Source: Eubacteriales bacterium
GTDB taxonomy: Bacteria; Bacillota; Clostridia; Oscillospirales; CAG-272
NCBI GenBank assembly: GCA_045617585.1
Contig: JAZLIW010000076.1
Coordinates: forward strand, 1-60,242
Direction of reading: 5' to 3'
DNA: 60,242 nucleotides
The notes under the pieces are model-generated. The model was not told where the DNA came from and did no database searches. It saw only the letters and a program-made list of their open reading frames with translations. The position numbers and the translations under genes were made by a program. Every line of letters starts with the position of its first letter. Position 1 is the stretch's first letter. Shown piece after piece: positions 39,679-49,903 of this stretch.

Positions 39679-40794
39679 TCAGAACGTATCCCGTCCCGCG
39701 GGATACAACTGCCCGTTCTCCACCTCGATCCTTCTGCAGGCGAGCGGCAGCGGATCGCAGGACGTCATGATGACCTGCTTGGAGCGGATTCCGGAGAGGA
39801 GATATTCTCTTCTTGCGGCGTCAAGCTCGCTCAGAATGTCGTCAAGAAGATAGACGGGTTCTTCTCCCGTGATCCCGGCGGAAAGCGCTCCTTCGCCGAA
39901 TTTCAGCGCCAGAGCGAGACTGCGCTGCTGTCCCTGCGAAGCAAACAGCCTCGCGTCGTGGGAATTGAGCCTGATCTCGACGTCGTCCTTCTGGATACCG
40001 TACAGCGTCACGCCGGCGCGGATCTCGTTTTCGAGATTTTCGGTCAGCATGATGAGATATTCTTTTTCCGTTTTCGGCGTTTTGTACCGCAGCGACGGCA
40101 TTTCGGGCGCGTTCAGTCCTTTTTTTGCCAGCTCCGTGAAAAACACGGTACACTCCCTGCTCAGCTTTTCGGTATATCCGTTTCTCCGCTCCGCGAGATA
40201 GCAGGCTTCCTTCGCCATCTGCTCGGATATGACGCCGACGGTGTCGTCCGATTTCGGATAGGCGCCGCCCTGAAACCGTAACTGCCGTATCCGCGCGTTC
40301 CTCTGTTCCAGAAGCCTGCGGTAATTCTGCAGGGAGGATAAATACCGCGGCTCCAGCTGCGAGATCGCCACATCAAGAAAATTCCGGCGCACGGCGGGCC
40401 CGTCACAGACCAGGGACAGATGCTGCGGACAGAACAGAACCGCGCGGAATCTGCCGATGACCTCGCTCATTCTCGACACGGGGATGCCGTCTACCCGCAA
40501 AACCCTTTTTTTCAGGGTCAGCGACCAGCGTACGTCGATCTGTGAGACCCGATCCGGCGCGCTTTCCGTCGAATATTCCAGTCTGACTCCCGCGTCCGTC
40601 TCTCCGAACAGCGTCAGGTCGGCTTCGTGCGGCGTACGGAAGGATTTTCCCTGTGCGAACAGATAGATGCCTTCCAGCGCGTTCGTCTTTCCCTGCGCGT
40701 TTTTTCCGTGCAGCACGGTGATCCCGGGATCGGGCAGCAGTACGACGTCTTTCAGGTTTCTGAAATTGCGGTATGCGACCGATCTTACGTGCAT
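39679..40794 (-). CDS. recF: DNA replication/repair protein RecF
   Basis: FRN, GKNAQGKTN, RRNFLD, SQGQQRS, LLDDILSELD. Confidence 0.96.
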   Translation of the reverse strand: MHVRSVAYRNFRNLKDVVLLPDPGITVLHGKNAQGKTNALEGIYLFAQGKSFRTPHEADLTLFGETDAGVRLEYSTESAPDRVSQIDVRWSLTLKKRVLRVDGIPVSRMSEVIGRFRAVLFCPQHLSLVCDGPAVRRNFLDVAISQLEPRYLSSLQNYRRLLEQRNARIRQLRFQGGAYPKSDDTVGVISEQMAKEACYLAERRNGYTEKLSRECTVFFTELAKKGLNAPEMPSLRYKTPKTEKEYLIMLTENLENEIRAGVTLYGIQKDDVEIRLNSHDARLFASQGQQRSLALALKFGEGALSAGITGEEPVYLLDDILSELDAARREYLLSGIRSKQVIMTSCDPLPLACRRIEVENGQLYPAGRDTF

Positions 40795-40795
40795 A

Positions 40796-41947
40796 TCAGT
40801 TGTTCAGACGCACGGGAAGAACGAGCATCAGGAATTCTTTTCCGGGCGTCGCGTTCTCCGGCTCGATGATCATCGACATATAAGGCGAAGTCATGGAGAT
40901 CTTCAGCCGATCCGCGTCGCAGACGCGAAGCGCGTCGAGCAGAAGCTTGCAGTTGAAGCCGATCTCGATGTCCTCGCCCTCCTTGGTGATCGGGAGGTCG
41001 TCGGAAACTCTCGATACGACCGACGCGGAACTGACGGTCAGCGTATCGTCGGTGAATTTCAGGCGGACCGGGCTCTTGGACTGCCCGCTGACCTTATCCT
41101 CCGTGACGAGAAGCGCTCTCGTGACGGCACCGGTCAGAGCGGCGGTATCAAGATACGCGAAGATCTTGTTGGTCTTCGGGATAAAGCGCTGATATTCCAC
41201 GTAATTCTGGTCGATCAGGCGGGAGAAGAAGTCGGTCCCGTCCATCTTGAAGAAAACGTGCTTGTAGGTGAGCTGCATTTCCATCATGTCGTCGGTATCG
41301 TCGATCACGGAGAGAAGCTCCGCCATGGTCTTGCCGGGAATGATGAATTCCTGATCGAAATGGACGGTATCAAGCGTGAATTCCACGTCCAGATCGACGA
41401 TCGCGCGGGCAAGACGGTTCCCGTCACAGCCGACGACGGTGAAGCGCCCGTCTTCCACGTGAAAATAGGCGCCGTTGAGCGAGGCACGCGCGTCGTTGAC
41501 GGCGATCGCAAACGAGGTCTTCGTCACGATGTCACGGAAATCCGATTTCTTGAGACGGATGCCGCGCTCGCCCTCCAGAAGCGGGAGCACGGGGAATTCC
41601 TCACCGTTCTGAGCGCTGAAGACGAAGGACGCTTTTCCGGAGACGACGGTCGTCTGATTGGTCTTGCCGTCGACGGTCACGGTGACCTGATCGTCCTCCA
41701 TGGAGCGGACGACCTGAACGAATTTGTTCGCGTTCAGGATATAGGAGCCGTCCTCGATCACCTCACAGGGGACGGTCGTCCGCATTCCCTTTTCGAGGTC
41801 GTACGCGGACATGACGCAGCACTGCTTTTCGGAGTCCGTCGAAAAGAGGATCCCGGAAATTGCCGCGAACGTATTTTTGTTGGATACACAGCCGAGAAGA
41901 GGCGTGATATCGTCGAGAAGCTGCTTTCTGTCGAAGATTACTTTCAT
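40796..41947 (-). CDS. dnaN: DNA polymerase III beta clamp
   Basis: AYDLE, CDGNRLA, SRLID, IGFN..LLDAL, terminal LVLPVRL; downstream of dnaA. Confidence 0.96.
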   Translation of the reverse strand: MKVIFDRKQLLDDITPLLGCVSNKNTFAAISGILFSTDSEKQCCVMSAYDLEKGMRTTVPCEVIEDGSYILNANKFVQVVRSMEDDQVTVTVDGKTNQTTVVSGKASFVFSAQNGEEFPVLPLLEGERGIRLKKSDFRDIVTKTSFAIAVNDARASLNGAYFHVEDGRFTVVGCDGNRLARAIVDLDVEFTLDTVHFDQEFIIPGKTMAELLSVIDDTDDMMEMQLTYKHVFFKMDGTDFFSRLIDQNYVEYQRFIPKTNKIFAYLDTAALTGAVTRALLVTEDKVSGQSKSPVRLKFTDDTLTVSSASVVSRVSDDLPITKEGEDIEIGFNCKLLLDALRVCDADRLKISMTSPYMSMIIEPENATPGKEFLMLVLPVRLNN

Positions 41948-42297
41948 ATCGGTTGATCCTTTCGGTTTGATTTACTTTGTTCGGCTCTTACGCGCATACA
42001 CGCGCGCGCGCACGCGCGAGAGAGAAAGAGAAGAAGAAAAACGATTCGTCGTAGCAGTAGGGGGTACCGAAAATGTTGAAAAAATCGTTTTTCCGCTTCT
42101 CAGGCTGAAATACGGACTCCAGCCCTGTCTGTTTTTCTCTTGACCGGATGTGGAAAAGGGCTACGGTCCCGTGGAAAAAGTCGGAATGAAATACGAATAC
42201 GTCTGTTTTGCCTGCTTTATCAACAGCTTGTTGACAAAACTGTGGATAACTCGGGCTGAAAACGTGAGATCCTGTGGAAACGCGGACGGGAGAGGGA
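41948..42297. other. Chromosomal replication origin oriC (dnaA-dnaN spacer)
   Basis: DnaA boxes TGTGGATAA (42241, perfect), TTATCAACA (42217), TGTTGACAA (42229), TGTGGAAAA (42149), CGTGGAAAA (42170), TGTGGAAAC (42273), TGTTGAAAA (42074); DnaA-trio-like CTA-CTG-CTA-CGA-CGA on the minus strand at ~42046-42060 after a GC clamp. Confidence 0.9.
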
Positions 42298-43797
42298 TCA
42301 TTCCATGATCTGTTTCTCCAGCTCCTTGACCGTGACTTCCATGGCGGGATTGTTTTTCAGCTCCTCGGTGATCTTCTCAAAGGAGTTCATCATTGTGGTG
42401 TGGTCCCGCTGAAAGACCTTGCCGATCGCCGGGAAAGACATATTGGTGTGCGTGCGGATCAGATAGACCGCGACGTGACGCGGCTGGGAATAGATCGCGT
42501 CTCTCTTTTTACTGAGCAGAAATTCGGGCTTGACGCTGTAATAGCGGGCGACCTTGTCGATGATCCGGTCGGCGGAAAGCTTGACGGTCTGCGTCGGCTC
42601 GATAATATCGGCGATGCACGCGCGGATCATCGGGACGGAGATCGTGGCGCCGGACAGAAATACCTGCGCGGCGATCATCTTTACCGCACCCTCCAGCTGC
42701 CGGACGTTGGAATGGATGCTGTCGGCAAGGAAAGTAAGACATTCCTCGTCCAGCGTCAGACCGACCGTTTTCAGCTTGGATTTCAGGATGGCGACGCGAA
42801 GCTCCGCGTCCGGCGGCTTGATATCGGCGATCAGACCCCATTCAAAGCGCGTCTTCAACCGTTCCTCCAGCGTGTTGATGTCACGGGGCGGCCGGTCGGA
42901 GGTCATGATGATCTGCTTTTTGTTTTCGTAGAGGTCGTTGAAGGTGTGAAAGAATTCTTCCTGCGTTGCTTCACGCCCGGCGATAAACTGGATATCGTCG
43001 ATCAGGAGCACGTCACACATCCGGTACCGCTCCCTGAAATTTTTCGTCGCGTTTTTACTGATCGCGTCGATCATCTGATTGGTAAACTCCTCTCCCTTGA
43101 CGTAGGCGATCTCAAGAGACGGATGCTTTTCCATGATGTAATTGGCGATCGCATAAAGGAGATGCGTTTTGCCGAGCCCTGAGGGACCGTAAATAAAAAG
43201 CGGATTGTAATGCTTTGCCGGTTCCTTCGCGACGGCGTAGCACGCTGCCTGCGCGAATTTATTGGAATTGCCGATGACGAAATTGCCGAAGGTGTAGTCC
43301 GGGGATTTACCGCCGTGCTCCTCCGCGCTCTCCGATTTTTTCTCGGAAATCTGTTCCGCTTCCGTTCCGGGACGGTGATCCGCGGTCGAATAATAGGCGA
43401 TCTCCTTGGTCTCCGAAAAAAAGGGCGTCTTTTCCGGCTCGAGGCGGGAGGGCTCTTCCTTCTGCTTCCGGAGCGCGGAAAGCTCTTCCTCGGACGGAGC
43501 GGAAAAATCGAAGGTCTCGGACCCCAGTTTTTCGGAGGAACGGAAATCGATCCTGACGTCGAGCCCGGTGATCTCTGCAAACGCACGGGTCAGACCCTCC
43601 GAAAAGCGTTTGATGAGAATATCTCTTTTATAGTCGTACGGCGTAACGATCACGGCGAGATCAGACGTCAGATATTTGATCTCCGCGTCGGAGAACCACA
43701 GCTCCATGGCGGCGGAGGAAATTTTTTCGGTCGTTCTGAAATATTCAAGTATTTTCTGAAACAGTTCGTTCAGTTCCTTTTCGGGACAGCCGTTCAC
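42298..43797 (-). CDS. dnaA: Chromosomal replication initiator DnaA
   Basis: YTFGNFV, YNPLFIYGPSGLGKTHL, LLIDDIQF, QEEFFHTFN, RDHTT; likely GTG start at 43797 after GGAAAGGAG. Confidence 0.98.
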   Translation of the reverse strand: MNGCPEKELNELFQKILEYFRTTEKISSAAMELWFSDAEIKYLTSDLAVIVTPYDYKRDILIKRFSEGLTRAFAEITGLDVRIDFRSSEKLGSETFDFSAPSEEELSALRKQKEEPSRLEPEKTPFFSETKEIAYYSTADHRPGTEAEQISEKKSESAEEHGGKSPDYTFGNFVIGNSNKFAQAACYAVAKEPAKHYNPLFIYGPSGLGKTHLLYAIANYIMEKHPSLEIAYVKGEEFTNQMIDAISKNATKNFRERYRMCDVLLIDDIQFIAGREATQEEFFHTFNDLYENKKQIIMTSDRPPRDINTLEERLKTRFEWGLIADIKPPDAELRVAILKSKLKTVGLTLDEECLTFLADSIHSNVRQLEGAVKMIAAQVFLSGATISVPMIRACIADIIEPTQTVKLSADRIIDKVARYYSVKPEFLLSKKRDAIYSQPRHVAVYLIRTHTNMSFPAIGKVFQRDHTTMMNSFEKITEELKNNPAMEVTVKELEKQIME

Positions 43798-43862
43798 AAA
43801 GATGCTCCTTTCCTGATAATTCCGTAAAACACGTTTTTTCAGACAACAATATTCCATCTATT

Positions 43863-43891
43863 ATTATATCACAAAAACAAACCGTTTTCAA
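43863..43891 (-). promoter_or_regulatory. dnaA promoter
   Basis: TTGAAA-17 bp-TATAAT with extended TG. Confidence 0.8.
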
Positions 43892-43962
43892 GAGTTTCCC
43901 GAAAAAATGGTGGAAAACCCGCAAAAATAAAACGGTTTTTTTGAAAAAATGCGGCAGGACAC

Positions 43963-43992
43963 TTGACAAACGGGATTTTTTGTGTATATAAT
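43963..43992 (+). promoter_or_regulatory. rpmH promoter
   Basis: TTGACA-18 bp-TATAAT. Confidence 0.8.
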
Positions 43993-44037
43993 AAGGGGTA
44001 ACGGCATGAAACTGTCTGCAAAGGAGTGAAAAACGAA

Positions 44038-44172
44038 ATGAAGAGAACCTATCAGCCCAAAAAGCGTCAGAGAAATAAGGTCCACGGTTTCCGCAAGAGA
44101 ATGGCTTCCGCTGACGGCAGACGCGTCCTGAAGAGACGCCGCAATAAGGGAAGAGCCAGACTGACTGTCTGA
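44038..44172 (+). CDS. rpmH: 50S ribosomal protein L34 (absent from the ORF track)
   Basis: Manual translation [44 protein letters not shown]; RBS AAAGGAG. Confidence 0.98.
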   Translation: MKRTYQPKKRQRNKVHGFRKRMASADGRRVLKRRRNKGRARLTV

Positions 44173-44285
44173 TCCGACGGAATTGAAGAACGGTAATCAG
44201 AAAACGGATGGCAATCGGGCTTTCCGTTTTCTGTTTTCGCGCCTTTCTTCTGCCTCTTCCGAAGGACCGCACCGGAGACCGATCA

Positions 44286-44678
44286 ATGAAAGAAATCGCC
44301 ATCACGGAAAATCATCTCTACGGCAAGGCATACGCAAAGGGGAAAAAAGCGGTGACGGATACCGTCGTCGTTTATCTGCTGCCCGACTATAAAAAGAGGG
44401 AATACGTAAAATATTCTCCCGACGGAAAAACACCGATCAACCGGTTCGGTATCACGGTATCGAAAAAAATCGGCGGAGCGGTGGAAAGAAACCGTGCCAA
44501 GAGAGTGATCAGAGAAGCATACCGGGCAATCCGCAGAAAAAAGCGGATCATGGTCGGTTTTCTGATCGTTGTCGTGGCAAGAGAAGCCGCCGTCCGTGAA
44601 AAGACCGGAAAGGTAACGGCGGATATGGAAAAAGCGTTCGGCAGACTGGGAATGATCCTTCCCGGTGAGAACGCATGA
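44286..44678 (+). CDS. rnpA: Ribonuclease P protein component
   Basis: [25 protein letters not shown]; follows rpmH. Confidence 0.95.
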   Translation: MKEIAITENHLYGKAYAKGKKAVTDTVVVYLLPDYKKREYVKYSPDGKTPINRFGITVSKKIGGAVERNRAKRVIREAYRAIRRKKRIMVGFLIVVVAREAAVREKTGKVTADMEKAFGRLGMILPGENA

Positions 44679-45046
44679 AAAAGATCTTTCTGTATCTGAT
44701 CCGCTTCTACCGCAAGTATCTCTCCCCGCTGAAGGGAAGACCGACCTGTCGGTTTTTTCCCTCCTGTTCCTCCTACGCCGAGCAGGCGATCACGGAATGG
44801 GGCGCGATGCGCGGCGGATGGATGTCGCTGACCCGACTTTTACGGTGTCAGCCCTTCTGCCGCGGCGGATACGACCCGGTCGGCAAAAACCCGGAAAACC
44901 ACCCGCAAATGATGACCCAAAGGGTGCCCGGCTTTCTTTCGAGAAGGAAAGAAAACGGCAGCACTCTCCTTTGTCTTTATTATGCCGGAAGACAGAGGTA
45001 CACGCAGCCCGTACGTTCCCTTTCTGAAAAGCAGGAAAGAAGCTGA
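44675..45046 (+). CDS. yidD: Membrane protein insertion efficiency factor
   Basis: [34 protein letters not shown]. Confidence 0.93.
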   Translation: MKKIFLYLIRFYRKYLSPLKGRPTCRFFPSCSSYAEQAITEWGAMRGGWMSLTRLLRCQPFCRGGYDPVGKNPENHPQMMTQRVPGFLSRRKENGSTLLCLYYAGRQRYTQPVRSLSEKQERS

Positions 45047-45112
45047 ACGGAGGGGCTTCCCGAATGTCCGGTTCTGAAAGACAGGAACCGGAAAAAAGGA
45101 AAAAGGAAAAAA

Positions 45113-46447
45113 ATGAAGAAAAAGACAATTCTCTCAGTGATTCTCGCCGTGACGGCGATCGCGCTGCTTCTGACTCTCCCGGTCTTCGCGGAGGTGACTG
45201 CGGATCCCGCAGCGGAAACAGCCGCGGAATCCGCGGCGGAGACGGTGACCGGGACCGCGAAGGACTTCGTGTTCTGGGACATTCTCCGCGTACCAATCAG
45301 CTTTATCATACGCCTTGCGTATAAGCTGGTCCCGAATTATGCGATCGCGCTCCTGATCTTTGCGATCGTGATCAAGATCCTTCTGTTCCCGCTGTCGATC
45401 AAGCAGCAGAAAAACAGCATCAAGCAGGCGTCCCTCCGTCCGAAGGAAGCGGCGATCCGCAAGCGCTACGCGGGGCGGACCGACCAGGTCACGCAGCAGA
45501 AGGTCCAGCAGGAGATCCTCGATCTCTATCAAAAAGAGGGATTCAATCAGTTTGCCGGCTGTCTGCCGCTCCTGATCCAGCTGCCGATCCTGCTTTCCCT
45601 GTATCAGGTGGTCATGAACCCTCTGAAATATCTGTGTTCTCTTTCCGCGAACGCGATCAACAGCATCACCAATCAGATCAATAAGCTCGCCGCTGCGTTC
45701 AACGCCGGTACCTTCCAACCGGTCGGCACCATTTCGGAAGCGATCGCGACCAAACTCGAAAAAGGAACTGCCCTGACCGGGATCGAGCAGATCAACGCGA
45801 TCCGCTGGCTCGGCGAAGAGAACTTCAGTCAGTGGCTCGGGGAAACGAAGCTTCCCTCGTTCAATATCGGTCCGATCGACCTTTCTCCCAGCCCCACGAT
45901 CAAACCTACGAACGGGAACGAATGGCTCCTTCTGCTTCTGCCGGTCGTGACCTTTATCGTCATGTATCTCTCCATGAAGCTGACCAGAAAATGGTCGTAT
46001 CAGCCGATGGAGCTGACCGAGGATCAGAAAAAGTCCAACGTCATCATGGACCTGTTCATGCCCGCGATGTCGACCTTTATCCTGTTCGGCGTTCCTGCCG
46101 TGGTCGGTGTTTACTGGCTCTATCAGAACTTCCTCGGTATTTTCCAGTCCTGGCTCTTAAAGGTGATCTGGCCGCTCCCGACCTTTACGGACGAGGAGCT
46201 CAAGCGGATCGAAAAAGAGATGAACGGGAAGATCAAGCCGGAAAAGACGGAGAAAAAGACGGGTACCAAAGCAAACGTCAGATCTCTGCATCATATTGAC
46301 GACGACGATTATCCCGATCCGCCGAAGAAGAACGAACCCAAAAAGAGAAGCGACCCGAACGACGAATTTGCGGAAGAGGAAAAGCTTCCTCCCGTGTCTC
46401 CCGCCGTGATCCCGCCCGCGAAGCTCAAGGACGACGATAAAAAGTGA
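45113..46447 (+). CDS. yidC: Membrane protein insertase YidC/Oxa1
   Basis: KILLFPLSIKQQK, GCLPLLIQLPIL, GVYW; conserved synteny. Confidence 0.95.
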   Translation: MKKKTILSVILAVTAIALLLTLPVFAEVTADPAAETAAESAAETVTGTAKDFVFWDILRVPISFIIRLAYKLVPNYAIALLIFAIVIKILLFPLSIKQQKNSIKQASLRPKEAAIRKRYAGRTDQVTQQKVQQEILDLYQKEGFNQFAGCLPLLIQLPILLSLYQVVMNPLKYLCSLSANAINSITNQINKLAAAFNAGTFQPVGTISEAIATKLEKGTALTGIEQINAIRWLGEENFSQWLGETKLPSFNIGPIDLSPSPTIKPTNGNEWLLLLLPVVTFIVMYLSMKLTRKWSYQPMELTEDQKKSNVIMDLFMPAMSTFILFGVPAVVGVYWLYQNFLGIFQSWLLKVIWPLPTFTDEELKRIEKEMNGKIKPEKTEKKTGTKANVRSLHHIDDDDYPDPPKKNEPKKRSDPNDEFAEEEKLPPVSPAVIPPAKLKDDDKK

Positions 46448-46513
46448 CCCGGGCATCCCGTTTTTCAGACGAAAAGCAGAAAGGAATCAGTCGCAGAAAG
46501 CGATGAGAACGAT

Positions 46514-47257
46514 ATGAAAAAAGAAGTCATTGTCACCGGCACGTCCGTGGAAGCTGCCGTTTTCGACGGTGCGAGATCGCTCGGTGTCGACAGCAGTTTC
46601 GTAACGTACGAGATCCTCGAAAAACCGAAAAAGGGCTTTCTCGGGTTCGGAGAAACGCTTGCCAAGGTCCGCGTCGAATATACCGAGACACCTGAGCTCG
46701 CCGCGCTCCGCCTGATGAAGAGCATTCTCGAAGATATGGAGATCTCCGCCGACGCTCAGCTGACCCACCCGAACGGGGAACGTCAGATCACGGTCACCGG
46801 TGAGGACGCCGCGATCCTGATCGGGCATCACGGTGAAACGCTGGAATCCCTGCAGTATCTGATCAATCTCGCCGCCTCCCGTTCGGAGGGGAGCGAAAAG
46901 GATCTGCCGTCGTTCGGCAGGATCTCCGTAGATATCGAAAATTACCGCGCCAAGAGAGAAGATACGCTCAGACGTCTTGCACGCCGCATGGCTGACAAGG
47001 TCGTGAAATACGGCAAAAACGTCACGCTGGAGCCTATGAACCCGAACGAGCGCCGCATCATCCATTCCGAGGTCCAGAAGATCAAGGGTGTGACCACCGT
47101 CTCGATTGGTGAGGATTCCCAGCGCCGCGTTGTGATCTACCCCGAGGGCGGTACGGTCGACGCCGCGGAGGCGCAGCAGAGCGCTCCTTCTTCCTCCTCC
47201 GGCCATCGCCGCAGACGCAGAAGACAGGGCGGAGCGGACAAAGGCGAAAAACAGTAA
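46514..47257 (+). CDS. jag: RNA-binding protein Jag/KhpB/EloR
   Basis: KKGFLGFG, KH motif LIGHHGETLESLQYL, R3H motif PMNPNERRIIH. Confidence 0.96.
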   Translation: MKKEVIVTGTSVEAAVFDGARSLGVDSSFVTYEILEKPKKGFLGFGETLAKVRVEYTETPELAALRLMKSILEDMEISADAQLTHPNGERQITVTGEDAAILIGHHGETLESLQYLINLAASRSEGSEKDLPSFGRISVDIENYRAKREDTLRRLARRMADKVVKYGKNVTLEPMNPNERRIIHSEVQKIKGVTTVSIGEDSQRRVVIYPEGGTVDAAEAQQSAPSSSSGHRRRRRRQGGADKGEKQ

Positions 47258-47259
47258 AA

Positions 47260-47309
47260 TTACGACAAATAAAAAAGGCTGCCGCGGCAGCCTTTTTTAT
47301 TTGTCGTAA
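47260..47309. terminator. Bidirectional terminator (perfect 50-bp palindrome)
   Basis: TTACGACAAATAAAAAAGGCTGCCG followed directly by its reverse complement. Confidence 0.9.
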
Positions 47310-47316
47310 GAAAGGA

Positions 47317-47712
47317 TCAGAACAGAGCGTTCGGATCGACCGTGTATTTGTCAAGCAGGATCTTGATCAGGTCGATCAGGGCAAGGATCGTGCTGATCCC
47401 GCAGACGAAGCAGGCAACGATCTTGACGATCCCTTTCTTGTTTTCGCCCATCATGAAGTTATGGATGCCGATCGTGCCGAGGAAGAAGCAGACAAGCGCG
47501 ATGACGAGCTTGCTTTGTCCGCCGAGGTTCCCTTCAAGGAATTGAGTCTGCTTTTTCAAAGATACACCGCAGTTCAGACACACATCTGCGTTGGCATCGA
47601 CCTGCTTGCCGCAGTTTGGGCAGAAGGCAGTCCCTTCTCCTTTTATCACGCCGCACTTAAGGCAGATCTCCTGATTATCATTCATGGGTTCACCGCAATT
47701 TCTGCAAAACAT
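47317..47712 (-). CDS. Double zinc-ribbon plus TM2-domain membrane protein
   Basis: Four CxxCG motifs, then KLVIALVCFFLGTIGIHNFMMG; RBS GGAGGA. Confidence 0.88.
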   Translation of the reverse strand: MFCRNCGEPMNDNQEICLKCGVIKGEGTAFCPNCGKQVDANADVCLNCGVSLKKQTQFLEGNLGGQSKLVIALVCFFLGTIGIHNFMMGENKKGIVKIVACFVCGISTILALIDLIKILLDKYTVDPNALF

Positions 47713-47772
47713 GGGATATCCTCCGATCATATGAGATAGTATTCCGGTTCAGCCGGATCAAGTTACGTAATA

Positions 47773-47801
47773 ACTATACCATAGGAACCGGATTCTGTCA
47801 A
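47773..47801 (-). promoter_or_regulatory. Sigma-A promoter
   Basis: TTGACA-17 bp-TATAGT with extended TG. Confidence 0.75.
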
Positions 47802-47830
47802 GAAAAAACGAAAAGAAGTGGTTTTTATCC

Positions 47831-47859
47831 AAAAAGAGGCTGCCGAAACCAGCAGCCTC
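47831..47859 (-). terminator. gap terminator
   Basis: GAGGCTGC/GCAGCCTC stem followed by TTTTT on the minus strand. Confidence 0.75.
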
Positions 47860-47878
47860 CGTGAAAAACGGGATCTGA

Positions 47879-48913
47879 TTACTTCAGCTCAGCGAAGTAC
47901 TTGATGGTGCGGACCATCTGAGAGGTGTAGGAGTTCTCGTTGTCGTACCAGGAAACGACCTGGACCTGATAGGTATCGTCGTCGATCTTGGAGACCATGG
48001 TCTGGGTAGCGTCAAACAGAGAACCGAAGCGCATACCGATCACGTCGGAGGAGACGATCTCGTCGGTGTTGTAACCGAAGGACTCGGTGCTCTCAGCCTT
48101 CATGGCGGCGTTGATGGAATCCTTGGTGACGTCCTTGCCCTTGACGACCGCAACGAGGATGGTGGTGGAACCGGTCGCGGTGGGAACGCGCTGAGCGGAA
48201 CCGATGAGCTTGCCGTTCAGTTCGGGGATAACGAGGCCGATCGCCTTCGCGGCACCGGTGGAGTTAGGAACGATGTTCTGCGCACCTGCGCGGGAACGGC
48301 GGAGATCGCCCTTTCTCTGGGGACCGTCGAGGATCATCTGGTCACCGGTGTAAGCGTGAACGGTGGTCATGATACCGGAAACGATCGGATAAGCGTCGTT
48401 CAGAGCCTTCGCCATGGGGGCGAGGCAGTTGGTGGTGCAGGAAGCGGCGGAGATGACCTGATCCTCGGGCTTCAGCGTGGTGTGGTTGACGTTGTAAACG
48501 ATGGTAGGCAGATCGTTGCCCGCGGGAGCGGAGATGACGACCTTCTTGGCGCCGGCGTTGATGTGAGCCATTGCCTTATCCTTGGAGGTGTAGAAGCCGG
48601 TGCACTCGAGGACGACGTCGACCTTCAGTTTCTTCCAGGGGCAGTTTGCGGCATCCTTCTCGGCATAGATGCGGATCTCCTGACCGTCAACGATGATGGA
48701 ATCCTCAGTCGCTTCGACGGTGTGGAGGTTCTGACCGTATGCGCCGAGGTAGGAGCCCTGCGCGGTATCATACTTGAGCAGATGAGCGAGCATCTTGGGG
48801 CTGGTCAGGTCGTTGATCGCAACGACTTTGTAGCCCTTTGCGCCGAACATCTGACGGAATGCGAGACGGCCGATACGACCGAAGCCATTGATCGCTACTT
48901 TTACAGTTGCCAT
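47879..48913 (-). CDS. gap: Glyceraldehyde-3-phosphate dehydrogenase, type I
   Basis: [32 protein letters not shown]. Confidence 0.98.
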   Translation of the reverse strand: MATVKVAINGFGRIGRLAFRQMFGAKGYKVVAINDLTSPKMLAHLLKYDTAQGSYLGAYGQNLHTVEATEDSIIVDGQEIRIYAEKDAANCPWKKLKVDVVLECTGFYTSKDKAMAHINAGAKKVVISAPAGNDLPTIVYNVNHTTLKPEDQVISAASCTTNCLAPMAKALNDAYPIVSGIMTTVHAYTGDQMILDGPQRKGDLRRSRAGAQNIVPNSTGAAKAIGLVIPELNGKLIGSAQRVPTATGSTTILVAVVKGKDVTKDSINAAMKAESTESFGYNTDEIVSSDVIGMRFGSLFDATQTMVSKIDDDTYQVQVVSWYDNENSYTSQMVRTIKYFAELK

Positions 48914-48960
48914 GGTTGTAGTTCTCCTTATATATAGAAATTTTTTATTTGCCACGGTAT

Positions 48961-48989
48961 ATTTTACCCCGAAAACGCGTCTTCTTCAA
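48961..48989 (-). promoter_or_regulatory. gap promoter
   Basis: TTGAAG-17 bp-TAAAAT. Confidence 0.6.
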
Positions 48990-49031
48990 GAGGTTTCCGC
49001 AAAATTTTTCATTTTTGTTACAATTAACAAC

Positions 49032-49067
49032 GCCCTGATAAAAAAGCGGCAGCTTTTTTATCAGGGC
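49032..49067. terminator. 16-bp perfect inverted repeat after the ABC permease
   Basis: GCCCTGATAAAAAAGC-GGCA-GCTTTTTTATCAGGGC. Confidence 0.65.
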
Positions 49068-49096
49068 TTCAAAAAGAGGCAAGATCAGGGTGCGGT

Positions 49097-49903
49097 TTAT
49101 TCGAGATTCAGATGCTTTTTCAGGATGAGATTGGCGGTGATCACACAGGCGACCGTGATGAGGACGGGCGGAAACGCCTGCAGGAACGAGGTCAGATCCA
49201 GCGCCCAGACCGCGGCGTTATCGTTCAGTCCGTCGATGAAGATCGCCTGCGAGATCAGCGAGAAGAAGGAGGAGATCGCAGACGCCGCCGTGCTGAGCCC
49301 GACGTACGAGAGGATGGAATACAGAAGTTTGTTTCCGGATGCGAGCTGACCGATGCACATCGAGCAGAAGAGGACGGCGTTCGTCCCGAACAGATACTGC
49401 ACGACGGCAAGGATCACGGTGGCGATGAAGAGCGCGATCTGCCCGCCGCTCACGAATTCGCCGAAATCGATGACCGAGAAGATCTCGGCGATCTCGCTGA
49501 TCACGTGGGCGGCTTTCGTTCCGACGAAGGCGATCAGGATGCCGCCCGCCGCGACGACCAGCATAAAGACGAGTCCGAGGGCGCCGGTAAACAGCTTGGA
49601 AAAATAGACGGCGGAGCGTTTGACGGGAAGCGTGAAGGTGAGGTACCCCTGGTCCTTCAGCACCGTCTGATAGAATCTGACTGCCGGAATGACGTAGGCA
49701 AAAACGAAGGAGGCGAGGATAAAGAAGACGGTCATACCGACCGAAACGGTATACGGCAGGATCCTCCATACCATGGTTTCCGGATCGTCCGTCAGGAACA
49801 GATGGAGCAGCCTGCTGATCCCCGCCATCACGAGAACGAGCGCGCCGGAGGTGACGTAGAGCCACCAGACCGAACGGATCTCATATTTCATCAGTTTCAG
49901 CAT
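49097..49903 (-). CDS. ABC-2-type permease
   Basis: MLKLMKYE start, six TMs, QGYLTFTLPVKRSAVYFSKL, terminal LNLE; overlaps the ATPase gene. Confidence 0.85.
   Translation of the reverse strand: MLKLMKYEIRSVWWLYVTSGALVLVMAGISRLLHLFLTDDPETMVWRILPYTVSVGMTVFFILASFVFAYVIPAVRFYQTVLKDQGYLTFTLPVKRSAVYFSKLFTGALGLVFMLVVAAGGILIAFVGTKAAHVISEIAEIFSVIDFGEFVSGGQIALFIATVILAVVQYLFGTNAVLFCSMCIGQLASGNKLLYSILSYVGLSTAASAISSFFSLISQAIFIDGLNDNAAVWALDLTSFLQAFPPVLITVACVITANLILKKHLNLE

Noticed and set aside
43798-43857. Longer dnaA start at 43857
   Set aside because: It lies only a few bases after the -10 element with no RBS; GTG 43797 has a strong RBS.
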